DNA of 64,000 nucleotides from contig OX597833.1 of assembly GCA_951406725.2 (NCBI GenBank), forward strand, positions 25,668,001-25,732,000, written 5' to 3'. How positions within the stretch are numbered: position 1 is the stretch's first letter; each line of letters begins with the position of its first letter. The stretch comes from Octopus vulgaris (taxonomy: Eukaryota). The position numbers and the translations under genes were made by a program. Shown one piece after another: positions 13,380 through 26,485 of this stretch. A model generated the notes under the pieces. That model made no database searches and was not told the DNA's origin. It saw only the letters and a list, made by a program, of their open reading frames with translations.

Positions 13380-13912
13380 GAATGAGCGAGCAGTGCATGC
13401 CATCAAAGTGACACTGAGGTAAAATATACGAAGCCCAGTATCATGACTACCCGTCTGATAAGGGTACACTAGGCACATACATCACAACCATATATGCGCG
13501 ACATTGTGATCTCATATCAAGATAAATAGCACATGACCTTGCAAGTGGGGCCCAGTTAGAATTTTCTTCAGGTCGAGTAACGCATCCCGCTCAAAAGATC
13601 CCCGAATAAGGATTGTTTAAGGATGTTGGACGAGCCACCCAAGTTTCGAAAGTGAATTATCCAAACCTCTAAGTATTCCTTTCAACACAAGGCTATGATG
13701 CTCTCCCACTACTTCTGCTCGTGATCAGAGATACACATATTATCAGCCACTAAGGGACATGCTCAACTGGTTAAGGTCAAACAACTGTCGTATTGAGCAG
13801 AATATTTGCTGTATCCCATCTCTTATACCAAGACAAAACATGTACATGATAACACTTCCAATCAGTTAAGATCAGAAGCCATGAGAGCCACTGCTTGATA
13901 CTGCATCAGGGC

Positions 13913-13917
<5 letters not shown>
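13380..13917 (-). mobile_element. ~535-bp non-coding element inserted in (TTA)n; probable non-autonomous partner of R4/Dong
   Basis: Flanked on both sides by long (TTA)n. Both termini recur, with an internal deletion, at 50572-50715 inside (AAT)n. Orientation inferred from the microsatellite strand. Confidence 0.65.
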
Positions 13918-13977
<60 letters not shown>

Positions 13978-14195
13978 GGGTGCCGAGCTGGCAGAATCGT
14001 TAGCACGCCGGGCTAAATGCTTAGCGGTATTTGGCCTGTCGCTACATTCTGAGTTCAAATTCCGCCGAGGTCGACATTGCCTGTCATCCTTTCGTGGTCG
14101 ATGAATTAAGTACCAGTGAAATACGGGTTTTTCACTGGTATCGACTTAATCCCATCCCCCAAATTTGAGGCCTTGTGCCTCCAGTAGAAAGGATT
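13978..14195 (+). mobile_element. SINE family A copy
   Basis: gagctggcagaatcgttagcacgccggg...gttcaaattccgccgaggtcgac... Confidence 0.8.
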
Positions 14196-14230
14196 ATTAT
14201 TATTGTTCTTATTATTATTTACATAAAATA

Positions 14231-14271
<41 letters not shown>

Positions 14272-14938
14272 TATTAGTATAACTGTGATTTTAAACTCTG
14301 GCTAAGCCTGGAAGAATTCGATTTTCTTTAGTCTTCCTTGTCTGCATGGAATTGTTGTTGTATCTCAGATTATGGTCGCTTTGACGTTTACTGAAACGTA
14401 TTCTGGCGTGTGACTGTAACGTCTTTTCTCTGTACATTTTTCAGAATACTGATATAATTTCCCACAGTGTGAAATTTTCAACCCTGTCATATTTGGATAC
14501 ACATTCGCTTTGACAAAGAATAGGGAGCCAAAAACGATTCTATTGTGTGTATCTTCACAACTTGCATAAATTTCGCATATAACTTTTGTATTCCGTTTCA
14601 ATGCAAGTTTTTGAAATTTTCTGGCCAGGAATTATTGTTCTCGCACCGCAATTGAAATCCTTCTCTCTCAGCTTTCAGGCATCCACTTCAGTGACAGAGT
14701 TAAGGATTTTCTTAATCTTAATATATTTCTGCTTTTTTCAATCTCAGCCACATACGTGGCTGTGTGGTAAGGAGCTTGCTCCTCAATTCTGCATTTAGTT
14801 GCAATACGTGGCACCTTCGACAATTTTTCTACTATAGCCACTTGTAAATGGATTTGGTAGGAGGATCCATTGTGTGTGTATATATGTATATATATATATG
14901 CATATATATATGTATACTTACATACATACACACATACA

Positions 14939-15015
<77 letters not shown>

Positions 15016-15244
15016 AATATAGGATAGAGATTTTCGAAAAAAATTCTATCAATGGCCAGCATATTAAAAATACCTTTAAAGGTTAAATTTATAAGCAATT
15101 TATAAGTAAGTGCAAAAGAAAAAATTTTCTAATGAAAAAATATGCCGAAAATGGACACTACGTCAATAACCATGTAATTTATTACTACAAGTACGTATTT
15201 CAAAGAAAGCCGACAGAAATGTCTTAAAAATTCCGTTATTAACA

Positions 15245-15298
15245 TATCGGACCCGATTTCAGAGTTAGTTCATAAGACCCTTCTCTTCATCAGTGATA
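15245..15298 (-). ncRNA. Type I hammerhead ribozyme motif, slightly decayed, in a (TA)n-flanked ~340-bp insert
   Basis: Minus strand: tatca-CUGAUGA-AGAG...CUCU-GAAA-UCGG-GUC-cgata. Core and stem II intact; A-C mismatch at the first stem I pair. Confidence 0.6.
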
Positions 15299-15352
15299 AA
15301 TGCGGTAAAGAAATATGTGAAATACTTACTTACATCCATGAACTTATAAATT

Positions 15353-15389
<37 letters not shown>

Positions 15390-15895
15390 AGAGTTAAAAA
15401 AATGGAGTATCTACTCCATTTCTTAACTCTGTATTCTTATTCGCTCACCCGGCAACCCCGGTCGCCTACTGTGAAATATAACAAAAACTTATTCAGTTTA
15501 TCGTACTTCGATACGAAAAAATCCTTCACCATCCGTCTCAATAAATCACTATTTCCCTGAAAGTTGTTTTTTTTATATTTACTACGGATTGTTTGAAACT
15601 AACTTTTTACCTATACCTCGATCCCTGGATCTTATATTTGTAAATGTATATACGTATGTGTGTGTGTGTGTGTGCTTGTGCGTGTGTGCATGTGTGCGTG
15701 CGTGCGTGATTGACAACCGGTCCTGGTTTGTTTGCATTTCTGTAGCCTAGTGGTTCCGTGAAAGGAGAGCTATAGAATAAGTCCCAGGCTTTAAAAAAGT
15801 AAGCAATGGAGCCGATTCATTTGTCTAATAGTGCCCAAGCATGACTGCAGTCTATTGACAGAGACAGATTATACATATGCGCGCGCGCGCGCGCG

Positions 15896-15935
<40 letters not shown>

Positions 15936-16602
15936 GAGTGTGTATGCGTGTTCAAGTATCCGTACATATAAAGAACCAAAAATCAATGTTGGAATACTTA
16001 GGAAGGCAAACAATCGTAGATTAAATAGCTTTGCATCACCAATTATACAAAGTCGTGATTCCTCATCGAAACCAAAACCCTCATATTACGCACACACACT
16101 TACCTACTTTGGGATCGTTAATCCCAAATCGTTTTGAATTCACTTTTGTTTTTATAATTTAACATTTAACGTTATGCAAACATAAAACTAAGTAACATCA
16201 TTAAGTTTGACAACCACTTCGTATTTCGTAAGGTTTCAATACGAAATATTTAAAATTATCCTCAAATCAAGGAACATGTACTTGTGTTAATATAATTATG
16301 GCAACAATGTAAATATTAACAAAGCCATACTGGTACTTAACGACTGGGAATAACGGGAAACAATGAAGTCATTCTCAAAAACGTTTTCTTGATGCAAACT
16401 TACATGTATACGTTAAACAATAACAATTTGAACGATGAGTATCACACAATTATTGTTGAAGTTATTAATGATGTGGATATTCATTTTTAATGTGATGTGA
16501 CGTCATTTAACACTTGTTTCGCGTGTTTCATTTAGTTTATTCAGCAATATAATGTTGTTTGCTATGACACTTGACAATCTGTTCATGTAGCTTATTGATA
16601 TA

Positions 16603-17016
16603 GGCGAGGAGTGGCTGTGTGGTAAGTAGCTTGCTTATGGACCACATGGTTCCGGGTTCAGTCCCACTGCGTGGCACCTTGGGCAAGTGACTTCTACTAT
16701 AGCCTCGAGCCGACCGAAGTCTTGTGAGTGGATTTGGTTGACGGAAACTGAAAGAAGCCCGTCGCATATATGTATAAATGTATATATATATATGTGTGTG
16801 TGCGTATGATTGTGTGTCTGTGTTTGCCCCCCCCCCCCCACATCGCTTGACAATCGATGCTGGTGGGTTTACGTCCTCGTAACTTAGCGGTTCGGCAAAA
16901 TAAACCGATAGAATAAGTACTAGGCTTACAAAGGATAAGTCCTGCGGTCGATTTGCTCGACTAAAGGTGGTGCTCCAGCATGGCCATAGTCAAATGACTG
17001 AAACAAGTATAAGAGT
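16603..17016 (+). mobile_element. Full-length SINE family B (tRNA-like head, CORE-like segment, internal microsatellite)
   Basis: A box-like tggctgtgtggtaag, B box-like ggttcagtccc, CORE-like gcaccttgggcaagtg, tail ...gactgaaacaagtataagag. Several copies in the window. Confidence 0.85.
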
Positions 17017-17644
17017 ATATGAAAACCGGTTGCGGAGAAGATGCTGTCTGCTTGGAATGGTATGGTAGAGAAAAAAATCAACTTTCTTGACAACTCTAGA
17101 AATAGCAGTAGGATATATCTCACTCCATTCTGATCCCATCTCTACCTTGTATCTACATTAACTGATCAGTAAACAATTATAAAACTCAGAAAAATATATT
17201 TTCGTAGTTTAATACATAAAACTGGCTGAGACTCTTCTTCTGTACTCCCAAATGATGTCAATATTTCAATCTGGAATTGTTGTACTACTTTGGTATTTTG
17301 CTTTTGTTCATTATTCATCAATGAAACACATTTATAAACATGATCTTACGAGAGAGCCGGTATCGGTAGAGACATTTCAGTTGCTTGAAAAATTTTATTC
17401 AATCCTTTGATTCTTCCTTTGCTTATAATTCTTTTCCCGACATTGAACTGCAGCCATGCTTCGGAATTGCATTGGGGGGTTTTAGTCAAATAAACTGAAC
17501 CAGTGTTTACGTTTTCCTTAAGTTTTCCCCCTCCTCTCTGTACGTTTACCGTACCGCTAAGTTACGAGGGCACAAACAAGCCCACACAGGTAGTTGAGTG
17601 TTGAGTTTGAGTGAGATACACACATACAATGATACACAGAAATA

Positions 17645-17722
<78 letters not shown>

Positions 17723-17897
17723 TATATGTATATATATATTTCTTATGTATATATTTCTTAGGCCTCTGGTATTTATAGAGTGTTAAACTTTTTTTGTATG
17801 CAAATTAGGGACTCCTTCATAGAGTAACTGCTGAATTTGTTGAGTATATAAACAGTTTGGCTGGTTGTTACTCAGGAGACTGTCAGAATGCTGTAGA

Positions 17898-17936
17898 CGC
17901 CTCTGATGAGAACCCAGTAAGGTTCGAAAATCGAGG
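17898..17936 (+). ncRNA. Decayed hammerhead ribozyme-like motif
   Basis: CUGAUGA (17903-17909), perfect stem II GAACC/GGUUC, GAAA (17926-17929). Stem III is collapsed, so probably inactive. Confidence 0.5.
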
Positions 17937-18019
17937 AAGATTGTTCATAATTTTTTTTCAGTCCGCAGAGGAATGGTTAAAATTTGTCTTGTTTATAATT
18001 ATACCATATGTTAATTATA

Positions 18020-18079
<60 letters not shown>

Positions 18080-19440
18080 CTAAGGTTAAGGCATGGAGTA
18101 AATAACATCCGGGGTACATATGTTTCATAGGGAGCGGAGCTTCAGAAATGGTAATTATCAAAGCAAGGTGTATGCCGCAGGTTACTCTTCAGGCGAGGGA
18201 TATCATGATTAAATTTAATTTACATTGTCGAAAGGAATTACATGTTAACACATGTAATCAGAATGTGTAGAGAACACAGTAGGAGATGATAATATAAATG
18301 TAGGGTGAAATAAGGATTAAAAGAGGAATATAAGGGTGAGAGGAATATAATGGCCCAGTGGTTAGGGCAGCGGACTCGCGGTTTCGATTCCCAGACCGGG
18401 CGTTGTGAGTGTTTATTGAGCGAAAACACCTAAAGCTCCACGAGGCTCCGGCAGGGATGGTGGTGATCCCTGCTGTACTCTTTCACCACAACTTTCTCTC
18501 ACTCTTACTTCCTGTTTCTGTTGTACCTGTATTTCAAAGGGCCGGCCTTGTCACTCTCTGTCTCACGCTGAATATCCCCGAGAACTACGTTAAGGGTACA
18601 CGTGTCTGTGGAGTGCTCAGCCACTTACACGTTAATTTCACGAGCAGGCTGTTCCGTTGATGGGGTCAACCGGAACCCTCGTCGTCGTAACCGACGGAGT
18701 GCTTCCATTATAAGGGTGAGAAAGGAATGAGGAATTTAAGCAAGGTCATTTGAACAGTAGTATTCAATGGGGCTATTTTAACCGAATCACAGAAATTAGC
18801 AAGTAGAGCGGTGATAGAAAAAATATATTATGGAGGGAAGAGGGTTTTTGGTGGAGAAAGTTTTTGGTCAAGGTCAAAAAAATACATATGCATAAAGAAA
18901 GCAAGAGAGAATGGGGATATATATATATATATATCATATCCAGGGATTGGGGTGTAGAAAGAAAGTTATCTGCAAGCAATCCGTAGTAAATGTTAAAAAA
19001 AATATCATTCAAGGACAATAGGGGTTTCTTAAGACAGTACGTTAGGGGTTTTTTTTTCGTATCAAAATACGATAAACTGAAAAAAAATATTTTTATATTT
19101 CACGGTATGCGACAGGGATTTGTCGGCTGTGTGAATAAGAATAAAAGAGTTAAGGAAAGGAGTAAATAAGATCCGGGCTACATATGTTTCATAGCGAGCA
19201 GAACCTCAGAAGTGGTAAATATCCAAGCGGGGTGCATACTGCAGGTTACTCTTCAGGGCAAGGATATCTTGATTAAACGAAAGTTTATATTGTTGCAAGG
19301 AGATACATGTTAACTTATGGAAGATTCAAACAGAATGTGTGTAGTGCATGGTAGGAGATTATAATATAAATGTAGGGAGAAATAAGTATTAAAAGATGGA
19401 AAAAAGAAAATATAAGGGAGTGAGATAATATAATGTGAAG
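18080..19440 (-). repeat. Two diverged copies (about 18080-18340 and 19130-19430) of a PLE-pLTR-like repeat with decayed hammerhead cores; related fragment inverted at about 15400-15530
   Basis: Both copies read CUGAAGA...GAAACAUAUGUA on the minus strand (18108-18199, 19172-19263), with palindromic stem III ACAUAUGU. Stem I is poorly paired. Confidence 0.55.
18342..18708 (+). mobile_element. SINE family C with 13-bp target-site duplication
   Basis: Head tggcccagtggttagggcagcggactcgcggtttcgattccc (A/B boxes). TSD tataagggtgaga at 18329-18341 and 18709-18721. Confidence 0.85.
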
Positions 19441-19671
19441 TGAAGAGGGTGGGGAAATGTTTTTGCTCAAGGTGAGAAAAATATATATGCATGATGAAAG
19501 TAAGGGAAAATGGGAAAGAATCACGGCGGCTACTACTGGTTTTCAAATGAGGAATGTATATTGTGTGCGGTGAGCGTGTTTACAGTATGAAATAGTAGAG
19601 GCGTATGTTGGCGTCTGTATTTGTAAGTTTAAAGAGGGAGGGAGTAGGAGGGGAGGCAGGCCTCTTGCATC

Positions 19672-20140
19672 GAATAATTTATTTGTATGATATAAAAATG
19701 CTGAAAAGTTTTTTTAAAAACTTAACAATACAAAGAAGTTAACTGTAAGTTGTAAAGCTAAAAAACGTGTGTGAAAATCCTACATATATATTTCAGTACT
19801 ATCCCCTAGTTCAAGATGAATTCTAAGCATTTGTTTAAATGCTAAAGGTATGCGCTTATAGAACTTTGGTTAACAACCTTCAAAGGAAAAATCTTAACTT
19901 GAGATCTATAAGCGCATAATAACCCTGAAGAGGTACTGACACGTACAGTTAAAAAATGTTACCTTTCATAGCATTTAAACAAATGCTTAGAATTCCTCTT
20001 CAGCTCGGGGATAGTACTGAAAAATATGTGTAGGATTTTCACAATTTTTTTTAGCTTTATAGCTTATAATCAATTTATTTGTATTGTTATGTTTTTCAGA
20101 AAACGCTTCAACATTTTTATATCATACAAATAAATTATTC
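19672..20140. repeat. Fold-back inverted repeat (~170-bp arms) containing a hammerhead-like core with a long stem II insertion
   Basis: 19672-19844 vs 19969-20140 are inverted. CUGAAGA 19925-19931, stem II GGUACU/AGUACU (19932-19937, 20013-20018), GAAA 20019-20022, GUA at 20030-20032. Confidence 0.7.
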
Positions 20141-20149
20141 ATACATTCA

Positions 20150-20215
<66 letters not shown>

Positions 20216-20393
20216 TATATATATATATCGTGACGCATATTTGCCATTTGAATATGGCTAACCCCTAAGGGTGGATGCTACTGTAGTTTGTAGCCCCAGG
20301 AAGATATCTCCTCCAGCTGGCTATAGACACACTATCTGTGTCCTCTCAGTATTTGTGAAGGGGAGTCATCCTCCCCGTCTTCAACTCATGATA

Positions 20394-20438
20394 CACACGG
20401 ACCCGAGTTTCAAGGTGTTTACCTTTCATCAGCGTGTG
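20394..20438 (-). ncRNA. Intact type I hammerhead ribozyme (minus-strand copy)
   Basis: cacacg-CUGAUGA-AAGGU-aaac-ACCUU-GAAA-C-UCGG-GUC-cgugug. Perfect 6-bp stem I, 5-bp stem II, short stem III, GUC cleavage triplet. Confidence 0.9.
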
Positions 20439-20887
20439 ACAATCATGGTTGTCGACGAGAAGTCAGCTCCCTTCACAAATACATATACTTTTTCCAGTGT
20501 CGATTGACACTGATATTGAAAAAGTGAAATCAAACAATGATAAATCTCAGAGCGAGTTATAAACAGTAGCGGTCCGTGTGTATCATGAGTTGAAGACGGG
20601 GAGGATGACTCCCCTTCACAAATACTGAGAGGACACAGATAGTGTGTCTATAGCCAGCTGGAGGAGATATCTTCCTGGGGCTACAAACTACAGTAGCATC
20701 CACCCTTAGGGGTTAGCCATATTCAAATGGCAAATATGCGTCACGATGTGTTACCGCTACTGTTTATAACTCGCTCTAAGATTTATCATTGTTTGATTTC
20801 ACTTTTTCAATATCAGTGTCAATCGACACTGGAAAAAGTATATGTATTTGTGAAGGGAGCTGACTTCTCGTCGACAACCATGATTGT

Positions 20888-20932
20888 CATACGCTGATGA
20901 AAGGTAAACACCTTGAAACTCGGGTCCGTGTG
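20888..20932 (+). ncRNA. Intact type I hammerhead ribozyme (plus-strand copy), predicted cleavage after C20926
   Basis: cauacg-CUGAUGA(20894-20900)-AAGGU-aaac-ACCUU-GAAA(20915-20918)-C-UCGG-GUC-cgugug. Stem I extends through caugau/aucaug and caac/guug. Confidence 0.9.
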
Positions 20933-21142
20933 TATCATGAGTTGAAGACGGGGAGGATGACTCCCGTTCACAAATACTGAGAGGACGCAGATAGTGTGTC
21001 TATGGCCAGCTGGAGGAGATATCTTTCTGGGGCTACAAACTACAGTAGCATCCACCCTTAGGGGTTAGCCATATTCAAATGGCAAATATGTGTCACGATG
21101 TGTTACCGCTACTGTTTTTAACTCGCTCTGAGATTTATCATT

Positions 21143-21198
<56 letters not shown>

Positions 21199-22829
21199 AT
21201 GTATGTATATTTTTATATATACACGGTCTCCTTCTAGGAATTTTACATATGCATTGTTCAACTCGGAACTATAGTAGAAGACACTCTTCCAAGCTGGAGA
21301 ATGAGCTTCTTCCCCAACCAGCCATGACGCCACCTGTGTGTTAAAAATTTAATTTAATTGTTACACCAGTTTTCAGGCAGTTATTCCATAGTGCAATAAA
21401 TAAACAATTCAACACATTTCTAACTCAATGTACCGATCGAATTTTGGTCGTCGTCTTCGAACACATTTCATAAATTATTGTTTTCCATCTCTTGTCTTAA
21501 AGAATATATAACAATCAGTATGCAGCCGCTAGATCGTACGGTCTATTGAGATCAAGAAATGATCTCAGCGTAAATTCCTTCGTGATGCAGTTCATCAATA
21601 AAAAAGCTGCCTTTTTATTTCTGCAATCACAGCTGAGTACTTATAAGGAGCAACAAACTGAGGAATTTTGCTATAATAACGAACACTTCAGTAACCTAAA
21701 GCAAAGTCACGAACGCAGCTACCGATATTATTTTACAGACCAAACTCTATAACATTATTTCAAATCTGTGACTAGTTTTTCTCCAATTTGGCGCTCTCCT
21801 ATTGAAATTGATATCACTCTTTTTCTCTACTTTCATTTTCCTATGATCGGTAATATGAAGCTTTGTTATAATAATATAATTATTACTTGAATCTAAAGTG
21901 TATTTGTCCGCTGTATTTACAGTAAAAGCTACAGAATATAACAGCTTTCATTTGCATATTTCGTTACAATGTACATTCGAATTGTATTCTCACTGATTAC
22001 TTTATACTCAAGAGCCGCTATTGCCATATTGTTTCAAAATCCGCCACTCGATAGAACACCAAAAGCTAAGTATTCTGGGATTATCGTAAAATAGTTCTAC
22101 TGTATAACTTTCTCACTTCTGCTGAAGATATTGTTTTCAGATTTCCATTGAAGTTGCCAGCTGTCATTATTTTACTGAGCAACTACCATTGTTTGGGGAT
22201 AGACATTCAACCTTTTAACTGTGAAATTATATTTCATGGTTATTCCAGTAATAGTGTGAAATATCTACAATAAAAATAAAATACAATTGGTATTTTCTGC
22301 AAGTCACGTTGCCTTAATAAATTTGATATATCACAACAGTAGAAGGTTTCAAACTTGACATTCCTCAACAAGAGATAGATCGGTAGCTAAACTTGCTTTC
22401 CGCTGTTTATGCTAATTAAATTACAAAAGGTTCTTAAGTGACAAGTATACTTATATATGTAAGTTCAAGCTGAGAGAGCATGAAGTTTGGTGAGGTTGAA
22501 CTGACACAGTTAAAATAGTAGCAAACTGAAATTATTCGGCTTTCTAATCAATATACTTGTGGGTCCTGGTTTGTGTAATATACTTTACATACATAAACAC
22601 AATACATACATACATACAGAAGAAGAAGAAGAAGAAGAAGAAGAAAAAGAAGAAGAAAAAGAAGAAGAAGAAGAAGAAGAAGAAGAAGAAGAAAAAGAAG
22701 AAGAAAAAGAAGAAGAAAAATATGTGAGTGGTATGACAGTAGTAGGATGTTGGTGGAACCCCCTTAAATGGTTGAGTGACCTGTTGTAGTTGCCATAGTA
22801 ATGACTGGAATTGTTCTGAATAAAGTCAT

Positions 22830-22980
22830 ATCGTTTTAAATTTTTGCGTTGGTTTTATTGTAAGGCCCTTGTAGTAGTGTCATTTGTGGTAGACGCATTC
22901 AAAAGAGGTTTATATTTTGTGAAGAAATATGACTCTTTGCTAATGCGCTGATTATAGATTTTTTTTTTTTTTCAATTGCC

Positions 22981-23060
<80 letters not shown>

Positions 23061-25500
23061 ATTTCAAGAATTTCAAGCTGGGTTGTTCGTTAGAGGCGCA
23101 AATATCAATGTGTTCGCTGAATGCTATTTTACTGTATTCCAGAATTTGAACTGCATCCTATGTAGAGTCATCCTTTGATGTAAACTGTTTTGGGTTTGGG
23201 CTATGTACGCTCTTGACACCCGGAGCAATTTAATATATATATATATTAGGTTTTCCGAAGCACATGTAAAGTTGTTCTTCACTGTTAAACTTTGGCCCTG
23301 TTTGAAAGAGAACTCCGATCCCTCATTTAGGTTGACACATATACCACAGTTAGGTCTTCCGCATATTTTTATTTACGCCTTCAGTGTTGTTTTAGGAGAC
23401 ATTTCATAGATTTGGATTGCTCTTTAAGATGGTGAGTGTTTGGAGGATTAAATTCATTCTGTGGTCCCTTTTTAATAGAAGAATGTTCTGGAGGATGGTG
23501 CCAAAGACTTCATTGTTAAGGGGTTGTGTGTGGAGATGTATGGTAGGAGTTTGGGTTGTAATTCCTTCTTTAGTTTGGGATGTCTGAGTTCGTGGATGTT
23601 GAGTTGTACGGCACATTGAAAGCCTAAATCAATCAGGCATGGTGGGTAGTTCCTGGTAATGAGTGTGTACTTTAGTTCATGTAGTTGTGTGTCTCTGGTG
23701 CCTGTATTAGAAGTTATAGTACAAATACTTTTTGCTAGGTTGAAGGAGATATTCATTCAAGTGTGTCTGTGGTGGCATGAGTTGAACAGTAGATATTGCT
23801 TGAAGGCTGTGGGTTTTTTGTTGTTGGATTTCTTAATGAGGATGTCGAGTAATTGTAAATTGAATGTTTGTTTATGCAAAAGAATGAAACAGTCATCCAG
23901 ATACCTCTTCCAGTTATTTTCTATGTAGAGGGAGAATGGGATGCAGTATTTTTCTAATACCTTACGATAAAGACTGATTTCTAGACATCCCATGATAAGG
24001 TTAGCAAAGGAGGGTGGGGCATTCTCGTACACATCGCAAGCCCCGATTTTTGTCGATAGAAGTTGTCTTTGAAGACAAAAATGTTATTCTCGAAGGTGAA
24101 TTTTAGCCCTTCGATTAAGATTTCTTTTTGATGTGATGTAGGAGTTCATTGGAGTAATTCTGTAGCCAGAATTGAATTGCCTCTATTCCAAGGCTGTGGT
24201 GGGTATTAGAATAGAGGTTGACTACATCGAAGGATACTAGTAGGGTGTCTTTGTTTATTGTTTTCGGGAGGTAACTGAACATATCTAGGTCGTCCCGTAT
24301 GTAGCTTTTGATATGATTGAGGAATGGTTTTTAAGAGAATATCTAAAATGTTACTGTGGCGGTGGGTTTTGCATGTGGGACCTGTTAATATAGGTCTTAA
24401 TTTGAGATCATTAAGAGTAGGGAACTTGATTATTATATATGTGGCTATCCTGCATGCGTTACTTATTTTCTCACTTTTGTGTATCTTAGGAATACCGTGG
24501 AATTGACTGGATTTACTTTTGAAGTTAGTCATATAATCGTATTCTTGTCGGTGAGCCCTCTCTGTATAAGTATAACATAGTCTTTAGGTTTCTCATTATT
24601 TTCTGCGATCTGTAGCGTTGCACCTTTTCATAATATTTTGTGTCTTCTAATAAGGATAGTACTAGAGTTATATAGCATACTGTGTTAATTAAAACAACTG
24701 CACTCCTTTTCTTAGCCTCTTTGATTGTTATTGTTTTATCATATTTTAATTTGTTCACCTCAGCCCATTCTTTTGTTGCTGAAGTTCGGCTTGTGTTTTT
24801 GTTTGTGTTTATGTTGATATTGGTAATTTGTGATGTATTCACAGAAATGATAAAAAATGTTGTTCTTAGCGTTTGAAGGGGTGTAGTTAATTTTATTTCG
24901 GACTAACGATTCGTCCTCGTAGTATTTGTCGTAATTTTCTACAGAACTACGCAATGTCTACTCTCATTTCGTTGTAGTTGAGGTGTTGGGGGTGGGTGTA
25001 AACTTGACTTCTTTGGAGAGTATGTTGATTTGGTTTGCTGTTCTTTGTGAGTTAGATTGATGATTTTTATCACTTTTGGCTTCCCCTGTCTGTCTGGTAC
25101 TATCTTGTATCTCTGTGTTTGCGTAATGGGTTTAAAAAATGATTGAGGTCATTGGGACGGTAGCTGTTATGAAGTTGTTCCATGTTATTGTGGAGTGCCT
25201 TCTCCCTGTGATTTATGGTGCGGTCTCTTGGAAGGGTATTGAAAAGTGTATCCCTATATCCCATGTTCGGATGTGGTGTTTTAGGGCACCGTCGTTGGTA
25301 ATTATTACGTGTGGTACGGGTTTGTTGCGCATGGTTGCTAAGTGGATTGCTGGAACGAAAATTTCATTGGTAACTCCTTATGGGAGGGAAGTTGTAATGT
25401 CTATCCTCCGGGTAGTGATTTTTCATTTCTCTGATGTTGAGGTACTCCGGACGTTGTTTCGCTGGTGGTTTACGTCTTGTACTCTTTTGTTTTGTTTTTG
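22830..25500 (-). mobile_element. Decayed Penelope-like retroelement (RT, thumb, GIY-YIG), frameshifted
   Basis: ORF fragments FHGIPKIHK...LKLRPIL (24206-24532), PPSFANLIMGCLE...WKRYLDDCFI...KKPT..KQYLLFNSCH (23757-24032) and NISFNLAKSICTI (23472-23756). Near 23100-23290: NFTCASENLIY..CSGC..IAQT..LHQRMTLH..FSEHIDIC (GIY-YIG). Ends approximate. Confidence 0.9.
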
Positions 25501-26212
25501 ATGGGTGGGTACTACAATGATTTCAAACTTAAAAATTAGTGTAATGTGAAATTGAGAGGATAAAATTAGGGAAATAGGTTTTATATATTTATAAGAAAGA
25601 TCATATTAAATTATGAAGTAACTATCAATTATTTAACAGTTTTTTTAATAATTCATAATCATTAAATATTGATAAATAAAATTGAAAGCTATTAAATAGT
25701 GAAATATAAAATAATTTTGAATATACCACCTTGGTATATAGCCTCAATATTTACTTGATTTCATTAAAATAATAGGAGCAACAACTATATTTAAATGAAT
25801 AAAGGAAGCAAAATATTGGGAAGAATACATCAGTCAGTTCTCTCCACGTATAAAAACCGTCAAATATCGAGCAAGATTAAGAAGCGAAGAAAATATTGGC
25901 TTCAAATGATTCATGTTCCATTAAGTTATATTCTATCCGGAAAACTGTCGAACAAAAATAATTTTATTCTCTTGTGTAGATTATGCATAAATTTTATGGC
26001 ATTATTTGTTCCAACGCCAAAATTACTTGTTTCACAAAATGTCATTTAGAAACTAAAACTACTCCTAGAAAGGGTCGTAAATCTAGATATAAAATATATT
26101 TCCAAGGGACCACTAAATAAATATGATATTCCAAGTCATTGAAACTACAAACATACACTAAAAGAAACAGTTGCTTTTTTTATCAGTATATTATACATGC
26201 GTGTTTAAGTGA

Positions 26213-26248
<36 letters not shown>

Positions 26249-26314
26249 ATAAAACGGTAAGATAACAAAAGAAAGAAAGAGACCTCAATATTATGTAAAT
26301 AGAGGAAATTTATC

Positions 26315-26485
<171 letters not shown>

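Larger units (their letters stand above)
20227..21142. mobile_element. Retrozyme-like element: 352-bp hammerhead-bearing unit, one inverted copy (20227-20573) plus ~1.6 tandem plus-strand copies (20571-21142), inserted in (TA)n
   Basis: ggtccgtgtg recurs at 20571 and 20923 (period 352). The minus copy covers 347 of the 352 nt. Intact hammerheads on both strands, extensive internal self-complementarity, (TA)n on both flanks. Confidence 0.85.

Noticed and set aside
20271-21055. Duplicated 78-aa ORFs (MDATVVCSPRK..., 20271-20507 and 20819-21055)
   Set aside because: Antisense to the ribozyme strand, GTG start and no recognisable domain; explained by the repeat itself.
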